From Octopus vulgaris (Eukaryota): a DNA stretch of 64,000 nt. Where the stretch lies: contig OX597823.1 in assembly GCA_951406725.2 (NCBI GenBank), forward strand, positions 111,910,001 to 111,974,000, in the 5' to 3' direction. Of the stretch, positions 55,170-64,000 are shown one piece after another. The translations under genes and the position numbers were made by a program. The notes below the pieces were generated by a model. The model was not told the DNA's origin. It saw nothing but the letters and a program-made list of their open reading frames with translations, and ran no database searches. Every line of letters begins with the position of its first letter. Position 1 is the stretch's first letter.

Positions 55170-55540
55170 CAACATCAAAATAAATATCAAATGGAAATTG
55201 TACTTGTGATACCTGTACCAGTGGCACGTAAAAAGCACCATCCGAACGTGGCCAATACCAGCGCCACCTTGGCTGGCTTCCATGCTGGTCGCATGTACAA
55301 AACATCAACAGATCATGGCTACTGCCAGCCTCCCATGGCACCTGTGCTGGTGGAACGTAAAAAGCACACACTACACTCATGGAGTGGTTGGTGTTAGGAA
55401 GGGCATCCAGCTGTAGAAACACTGCCAGATCAGACTGGAGCCTGGTGCAGCCTCCTGGCTTCCCAGACCCCAGACGAACCGTCCAACTCATGCTAGCATG
55501 GAAAACAGACGTTAAACGGTGATGATGATGATGATGATGA
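55170..55540 (+). mobile_element. Family D short retroelement
   Basis: gtggcacgtaaaaagcacc repeats, ggtgttaggaagggcatccagctg, (GAT)n tail. Confidence 0.85.
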
Positions 55541-55933
55541 TATATATGTATATATGTTAATATTACATCTGTTTTGCTACACTAGCATGCATTAGGAAAA
55601 TATATTATTGGTAGCTTATTTCACATGTCTTCGAAAGAACAGAACCAATGGATGATTTGGTGATAAGGGAAATGACAACATCACTACTTGAGTGATTTTG
55701 TTTTCCAGAGAAATACAAATAGAAAGATTCACACCAATATGCATGCACACACATACATGTATGTATGTATGCATTTTATGTACATACATACATACATACA
55801 AGCATGCATACATACATGCATACATATATGTATTTATATGTATGTATATATATTTGTATATATGCATATATAAAAATATGCATATATATATATTTTTATA
55901 TATATTTACATATGTATATGTATGTGTATATGT

Positions 55934-56332
55934 AGGCGTAGGAGTGGCTGTGTGGTAAGCAGCTTGCTTACAAACCACATGGTTCCTGGTTCAGTCCCAC
56001 CTTGTGGCACCTTGGGCAGTTGTCTTCTACTATAGCCTTGGGCTGACGAAAACTTTGTGAGCGGATTTTGTAGACAGAAACTGAAAGAAGCCCATCGTGT
56101 ATATGTATATATGTATGTGTGTGCATATGTTTGTGTGTCTGTGTTTGTCCCCTCCACATCACTTGACAACCGATGCTGGTATGTTTACGACCCGATAACT
56201 TAGCGGTTTTGCAAAAGAGACCAATAGAATAAGTACTAGGCTAACAAAGAATAAGTCCTGGGGTCGATTTGCTCAACTAAAGGCTGTGCTCCAGCATGGC
56301 CACAGTCACATGACTGAAACAACTAAAAGAGT
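55934..56332 (+). mobile_element. SINE family A, full length
   Basis: aggcgtaggagtggctgtgtgg to gactgaaacaactaaaagag. Confidence 0.95.
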
Positions 56333-56839
56333 ATGTATGTATGTATGTATGCATGTATGCATGTATGTATATTTGTTATTAGTGGTGGAAGGTGTATTGG
56401 TTCAGAGAATCATTCTGTATACCTTACTTCACGTGGTTATACTGTTGAAAGACAAAATTACAGTATTCACCTTGAAAAAACCTCTCACATAGATGTATAG
56501 TACTAAAAACACACTAGTGTATAAGTAGCAGAAGGCAAGTTTCCTGCAACAGTGGTGTCATTGCCAAGATCCAGATTTCTGTGTTGTTGGATATCCTCAG
56601 TATATGACATGGTAAATCCTTCTGAAATTCCAACACAATTGGTTTATCTTCAAGAAAGGAGACCTACCACATATTTCTTAGAAATTTGCATTCTTCATCA
56701 ACATTATTGTAGGATAATCTCTGTGTCAGTGTGTGTATGCTCATGCATGTGTATGAGAGAGATAGAGATAGAGAGAGAGAGAGAGAGAGAGAGTGTGTGT
56801 ATATATATATATATATATATACACATATATATATGTGTG

Positions 56840-56874
<35 letters not shown>

Positions 56875-56883
56875 GTGCGTGTG

Positions 56884-56914
<31 letters not shown>

Positions 56915-56999
56915 ATATATATATATATACATATATACATATAGGTGTTTGTATATATATATGTATATATATATGTATGTATATACATATATGTGTTTG

Positions 57000-57032
<33 letters not shown>

Positions 57033-57120
57033 GTTTGTATATATATATGTGTATATATATACATACATATACGTATACACATATATATATACACATATAT
57101 ATACACATATACATATATAC

Positions 57121-57171
<51 letters not shown>

Positions 57172-57464
57172 CATGTGTTATGCTTCTATGTATTTATATT
57201 AAGCTTTCTCCTTCTCCTTAACTCTAAATATATGCGTGAATGTGTGAAGATACACATAAATGTAGATCCATCTGCTCCAACTTGTTTTCTTCTCCAAAAC
57301 TACTTTTCAGAATTTTTGTAAATTATAAATAGAAAAAAAAGAAAACCTGAATAAAAGCACAAAAGCACTAAGTAAAATGTTTCTACGAAATACAAAATAC
57401 TTAGAAAAATGTAAATAAAATATGGAAGGCAATAAGAAAATTGGAACCTGAGGACACAATTCCA

Positions 57465-57713
<249 letters not shown>

Positions 57714-57725
57714 GTGTGTGTATAT

Positions 57726-57763
<38 letters not shown>

Positions 57764-58258
57764 TTATGTATGTATATATTTATGTATGTAAGTATGTATG
57801 TATGTGTGTGTGTGTGTATATTTTCTTCTATAATTTACTTACTCAAACCCTTTTCAAAAATTTTCTATCTATTCTTTAGACATACATGCAAAAATAAATA
57901 AATAAGATGCAATAAATGAAATGACTATACGTACATAAAAAAAATTGCCTAAAAAATTCATTTGAATAAAACCTATAGATTAAATGTACTGGGTATATGT
58001 TGTGACAGTTGGAGGGGTGTGCCATTGTCTTGAGTGTAGAAGTTCTTACATATGTACATACATACATTGCTATATATATATATAACTTGTTGGTGCTTTC
58101 ATCACACGATGATTATTTAAATGTGAACCATTAGACACGAACATCTTCACTGCCGTTTAAGTGATAAAGTTCATCTCACACTTTCCTTTCGTGAAATAAT
58201 ACAAAAAAATGTATTGAATTGAATTCTTCTTGCCTGTCCCATTGAGAAGAACGATGAA

Positions 58259-58329
<71 letters not shown>

Positions 58330-58385
58330 TGATAGTAATAATAATAGTAATAATAATAATTATAATGATAATAATAACAATAACA
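58259..58385. repeat. (TAA)n microsatellite
   Basis: Directly visible. Confidence 0.97.
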
Positions 58386-58952
58386 AAAGTAATGTTCTAC
58401 TGTAACTAATAACACTAAATACGTAAAGAAGATAGATAAAATGGTGAAGAAAGAAGGAAAATAAGGCCAATGAGAAGGTGGGTGAAGGAGAAGAGGAATG
58501 AAATCAGTATTAAGAAGTGAAATAATTAAATAAGATACATATAGAAATGAAATTGTAAAAACCGAAAGAAATCAAAATATCTTTAAAGAAATTTTCTCAT
58601 CGAAATGTCAAAATGTCACTACCTCCACCTCATCTGCATACATACCATTGGAATCATATCACTATCTATCTATGCGTGTATATATGTGTGTGTGTGTGTA
58701 TATATCTCACTATGTTATATCGAATGAGTGTGTTCATGCGTGTGGCATACAACTTTACAGTACATTCAGCAACAATAGTAATTATACAATGGCTTGTCAA
58801 TTTTAAATTCATTCATGAACAATCGCACACACGCAACCATATATACACAATCTCACCCGGAAGAATATACACATTTATCCCCTTATATAGATTTTGGCAT
58901 TATGAATGTGTTCAGGTACATGCATTTATATGTGTGTGTGTGTGGATATGTG

Positions 58953-58984
<32 letters not shown>

Positions 58985-59001
58985 CATACATATATATATG
59001 T

Positions 59002-59032
<31 letters not shown>

Positions 59033-59701
59033 TATACATATATATAGATATGTATGTATACATATATACATATATATATACACACACATATATATATACA
59101 TATATATATATACATACATACATAAACACACAGACATAAATACGCATACATAAATATAGATATGCATTCACACATATATGTATGCACCTATGCACATGTA
59201 TGTTTGTATGTACATATATCTTGTACAAAGTTCAGAGCATTCAATTTTAAGTTAATAGAATGAATATATATTTCTAGAAAAAAAATCAAAGCTAAATTCC
59301 TTAATTCAGACAGTTTGTGCTTGCAGGTAATTTTCATACAAAATATTACTCCTTATCAGATACTCTGAGCAACAATTTATGTTAAATTTCATATCTTAAT
59401 AAAAAATATTTGAAGTCAAAAGTCTGTTTCTTATTAATTAATCAAGTGTCAAAATCAGGTGACTGATGATTTTTGACCACTTTTGTTCCAGCCATGAATA
59501 TCACATGATATTTTCAAAAAGTGTGTATCAAGAACTCTATGAACAAATGTGATTTTCCTTGTATGCAATTTTTATGTCTGTGTGATGACGGAGTTCTCAT
59601 CTAGTCGCAAGATTTTGGTTTCAGTCACTCTGAGTGACACCTTTGGGAAATGGTTTCTGCTATAGTCTCAAGCCTTGTAAATGGATTTAGTTAATAGAAA
59701 C

Positions 59702-59739
<38 letters not shown>

Positions 59740-59741
<2 letters not shown>

Positions 59742-59921
59742 GAGAGTTCATGAAAAAAACAAAAGACGAAGACAGGTGGTGTAGAAAACAAACAGATATA
59801 TTAGTATAATGCTCAGGAATTGAAAAAATCTTTTACGTTTCGAGCCTATGCTCTTCCTCAGAAAGGGACACAGAAAAAAAACAAGGAGAGAAAAAAATGT
59901 GTGTAGTGGCTACTGATCTAT
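59740..59921 (-). mobile_element. ~180-bp hammerhead-bearing element in (TA)n
   Basis: Collinear with 45690-45866 end to end; flanked by TA repeats. Confidence 0.8.
59830..59865 (-). ncRNA. Minimal type I hammerhead ribozyme motif (best preserved in window)
   Basis: cttt-CTGAGGA-A-gagc-atag-gctc-GAAAC-GTA-aaag; palindromic ACGT in place of stem III. Confidence 0.8.
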
Positions 59922-60889
59922 CATATATATATATATATGTGTGTATGCATGTGTGTGTGAGTGTGTCCATGCATGTATGTATATGTAATTTGTGTCTCCT
60001 TGTTTTGATATAATGTGACAATTGTAAATGAGTGCTATCGTCATACAAGTGGTGTTCTTTTTCTCCAATCTTCTATGAATACACATCCAGGCATGGGGAA
60101 GTATTATCTTGTTAGAAAGCAGGTTAGGGTTGGTGACAAATTATGGCATATTATCTGTAGGTAATATGTATTAATCTGACCCATGCTTGCATGGGTCAGA
60201 TTAAAGCAGGTGAGGAAATGATGGAGAGGAGGAAGAAGATAATCTTTAAATTCTAAAGCATTGTAATGTCAACTATAATATATGGCTGATAAGTACAAAG
60301 CTGTCTCACTAATTGACTTTGCGTTTATAACAGCTCCTGCTTAGGTGCAGTTAGAAATCATTCAAATTATATAAATAAACAGACACAGATTGGACAACGG
60401 TCATTGCTAGAATACTTTTCATCATAGGTCTCCTGCATCAGGGCTGACCTGAGGTAAACAGCAACAACAAAAGCAACTACAACATTCTCAATAAGAACAA
60501 TATAGAAAGAGAGTGGATACTTGTTACTATGTCAGCAAGATCAGAGCTGGCTGAAGGCTAAACAACAGACCAGACGGTTGTCACTGCTGGAATGCATTTG
60601 ATCCTAGGTCTGTTGAATCAGGATTGCTATGTGAGTGAAGAGTAAGAACCACTACAACAATAACCATTGATACAGTGCAACTCATTACATTAAACAATGC
60701 TAAAGTCAGACATTAATTTAAAGACAATAATCCTTTCACCTTTTTCTCAAAATCCAATTAAAAGCTGGTCATTTATTAACAATAAATAAAATAGTCCATC
60801 AACGAATGAATACTAGATGCAAACTAAACAAAAAAATCAAAAATTGCTACATGGTTGCTCATCAGATTAGAAATAATAAAAGGAAAATC

Positions 60890-60995
60890 ACAAAATAATA
60901 ATAATAGGCAAATTACAAAATAATAATAATAGGCAAATTACAAAATAATAATAATAGGCAAATTACAAAATAATAATAATAGGCAAATTACAAAA
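60890..60995. repeat. 25-bp minisatellite, 4.2 perfect copies
   Basis: Unit acaaaataataataataggcaaatt. Confidence 0.97.
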
Positions 60996-62609
60996 GAAAG
61001 ACACACTGAATAATGTGAATATATATTTGCATATAAATTAATTTAAATGTTGTGAAGGAATTTTTCAGGTTGTGATTATAAAAGTCATTTAGTGGAAATC
61101 TATTTAGTAAATGATGTGTTTTTGGTTAAAAGGGTAAGAAATGAAGTGAACTTCAGGTATGTATATACACAAGATGCAGTTAGGATGAAAAAATTGTCTT
61201 GTAACAGTTTTCATTTTAACATATAAACTATAGTATACACTTTGCCTGTATTAATCAGATGAGTTGACAGAGAATATAATGAATATATCAAATAGGGTAA
61301 CAAATTTCAGATCTTTTCTCCCAACAATTATTTATCTGTGCATATAATATTGTGTCCATGGTCTTTGCAAGTCCTGCAAGAGTAGCGAAATAGCTGAAGT
61401 TAATCTTGAGCAGTTTGCATGATGATTGCTTCAGGAAAAAGTTTGAAAGGAGAAAATTCCAGAAGCCAGATATTTGTGTGTGTGTGTGTGTATGTGTGAC
61501 TGACTCCAAGAACTGAGGCCTCTAGTGTAAAAGTAGATAAAGCAAACAAAATCACTTTGTCTGTCAGCCAGAGATGAGAATGGGTTGATGAGTGACTTGA
61601 TGTTAATCACTCATGTGACTTTTCTTTAGCAGTGATCCAGGATGTGTGTGTGTGTGTGTGTGTGTGTTTGTTTGTGTGTGTATGTTTGTTTGTGTGTGTA
61701 TGTTTGTGTATGTGTGTGTGTGTGTGTGTTGTAGTAGTCATCCCCCACCAGGTGTTGGATCACTATTCCATTGTGGATCTCACCTGAGCTTAATAGAGGG
61801 ATAGTCCACAAGGAAAGCAGTAGTCATGATCCGTTACAGGCCCTTAGACAAAGGTGGGAGAGAGGAAAACAGGTATACTCAAATGGAAAACCTGGTCTGA
61901 ATGTTTGCAAGACGATGGTCTTTGGTAAAGGTGATATTAAATTGGTTCAAGCATAGGAATGGGGCTCAACTATTTTCTGCCCTTGAAGGAAAGAGCAGTC
62001 TCTTTTTGATACACACTTTGCTATGTTTCAAATTGTTACAATTTTCAAATACATTACAATTGCCAAGTGGACTGTCAGTGATGTTGAAACATGGCATTTG
62101 TAACAAACTTGCAAGAACTGATGTCCTAGCTGCATGTTATTCATGTTCAGGCTTCGTATAATGATATGTCTTTGTGTTATTGAACAAGACAAGATTGGCA
62201 TATCCCTTGTGGAATCTGTTTTTCTTATATCTTTGTGGTTTTGATATAGACTACACTGTAACAGTGTTATAACACTACAAAAACGAAATTAGTAACAAAC
62301 TTACATCTCTTCTTTTTGACTTCTACAACCACCTTCACAAATCGACTGCACACACCACACTGTACCTCGCACTGTTAGTAAGAATGCGCTTTATAAGGTT
62401 TAGGACAGTTCACTTGCTATCCCACAGTGGTGTCAGTATTTCGCTACTACAGTTTTCAAAGAACTCTGTTTATGAAGCTAATGCAAGTTTGGTGTCTCTT
62501 TTCAAGTCATGTAGAAGACATCTGGATGCAAAAGGTTAGAGATGATTAAAGGATGAAATGAAGAATTAAAGGATGAATAGAGATGATTAAAGGATGAAAT
62601 CATCTGTGC

Positions 62610-62835
62610 TGAAACAACACCTTTTTTCTATGTGCTGGTGCTGCATAAACACATTCATGCTGGTGGCATGTGAAAAGCACTCAGCACTCTCTGTAAAGTG
62701 GCTGGCATTAGGAAGAGCATCCAGCCATAGAAACCACACCACAACAGACTATTGGAGTATGGAAAGCTTCCTGGCTGGCTAGCTCCATGTCAAACTGTCC
62801 ACTCCATACTAGCATTATGATGATGATGATGATGA
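62610..62835 (+). mobile_element. Family D short retroelement, diverged
   Basis: ggtggcatgtgaaaagcac, ggcattaggaagagcatccagcc, (GAT)n tail. Confidence 0.75.
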
Positions 62836-62911
62836 TTTATATGTACACACACACACACATGCAAATACACACATACAGACACACACACACACACACGTAC
62901 ATACACACACA

Positions 62912-63140
62912 GCGGCGAGCTGGCAGAAACGGTAGCAAGTCAGGTGAAATGCTTAGCGATATTTCGTCTGCCGTTACGGTCTGAGTTCAAATTCCGCCGA
63001 GGTCGACTTTGCCTTTCATCCTTTCGGGGTTGATAAATAAAGTACCAGTTACGCACTGGAGTTGATGTAATCAACTTAATCTCTTTGTCTGTCTTTGTTT
63101 GTCCTCTCTATGTTTAGCCCCTTGTGGGCAATAAAGAAAT
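62912..63140 (+). mobile_element. SINE family C
   Basis: gcggcgagctggcagaaac..gagttcaaattccgccgaggtcgactttgcctttcatcctttcgggg..aataaagaaa. Confidence 0.92.
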
Positions 63141-63209
63141 ATATACATACACACACACACACACCAGAAAACATAGTGTATTGTTACAATCAAGATAATT
63201 TCTATTATT

Positions 63210-63652
63210 AGTTTCAAATTTTGGCAAAAGGCCAGAAGTTTTAGGAAGGGTTAAGTCAATTACATTGACCCCAGTGTTCCACTGGTACTTATCACATCGA
63301 TCCTGAAATGATGAAAAGCAAAGTTGGGCTCAGCAGAATTTGAACTCAGAACACAAAGAAGGAAGAAATGCCACTGAGTGTTTTGCCAGGCAAGTTAACC
63401 CTTTCATTACCAACCCGGTCAAAACCGCCTCTGGCTCTGTAGTACAAATGTCTTGTTTTCTTAAGTTTTGAATTAAAATCTTCCACCAAACCTTAGTCAC
63501 ATTTCATGTTCCTAACACTAGCTTAATGGTAACTAAGTTATTTTACTAAATTCTTAGATATATTTAAAATTAATTGAAAGAAACACAGAGCATCTCAAAA
63601 TAAAAACAGTAACAAAAGGGTTAACCCTGATTCAGCCAAACTTGCTGTCTTA
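63210..63652 (-). mobile_element. Diverged SINE family C copy interrupted by MITE
   Basis: ctggtacttat..gatgaaaagcaaagtt..gaatttgaactcagaac on plus strand. Confidence 0.75.
63399..63620. mobile_element. piggyBac-type MITE (222 bp)
   Basis: TTAA at 63395-63398 and 63621-63624; TIRs CCCTTTCATTAC / GTAACAAAAGGG. Confidence 0.88.
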
Positions 63653-64000
63653 GTTATTTCTATTATTGAGAGAGAAATATGCAAAGTCCGATCCACCTTT
63701 AACACTGCTCACACCTTGTAACAACCACAAACATCATCACAACAACCAGCAACACCGCCGCCAACAACAACAACACTATAAGCATCAGAATTCACAACAG
63801 CAACAATAACAAAACAACAACAACAGCAACAACAACTATTAATCTCACCACCACCACCACCACCACCACCAGAGCAAAAAAAAAACATCTCTCTGTTACA
63901 AACTAAGTGAACATGTTTGTAGTTACGACACATCTCTACATCAGCATAATTGCAATTGAACCACTACTACTACTGCTACTACTACTACTACTACTACTAC

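Noticed and set aside
60890-60995. Regular direct repeats resembling a CRISPR array
   Set aside because: No spacers; simple tandem minisatellite in eukaryotic DNA.

Overview
AT-rich, microsatellite-saturated eukaryotic DNA, most likely intergenic or intronic sequence of a coleoid cephalopod. Octopus is inferred from the SINE families and simple-repeat load and was not verified. No host protein-coding exon could be supported: almost all ORFs in the track are translations of (TA)n, (CA)n, (GATA)n or (CAT)n repeats. The window is a nested mosaic of four SINE-like families, decayed LINEs (Tx1, RTE, CR1/L2-like), a Gypsy gag-pol remnant, Tc1/mariner and hAT remnants, a piggyBac-type MITE and a Penelope-like (PLE) RT remnant. 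The main unexpected signal is about 10 minimal type-I hammerhead ribozyme motifs (CUGANGA-stem II-GAAAC-short loop-GUH). Five sit in fold-back elements that all point outward. One of these (3435-4328) holds two circular permutations of a ~450-nt unit, and one copy ends exactly at the predicted cleavage site, suggesting a retrozyme/PLE-dependent circular or multimeric RNA system. Also notable are a Tx1 LINE found twice in (GATA)n and a LINE 3' end sharing a hairpin tail with the dominant SINE. All alignments, folds and translations were done by eye; element boundaries are approximate.
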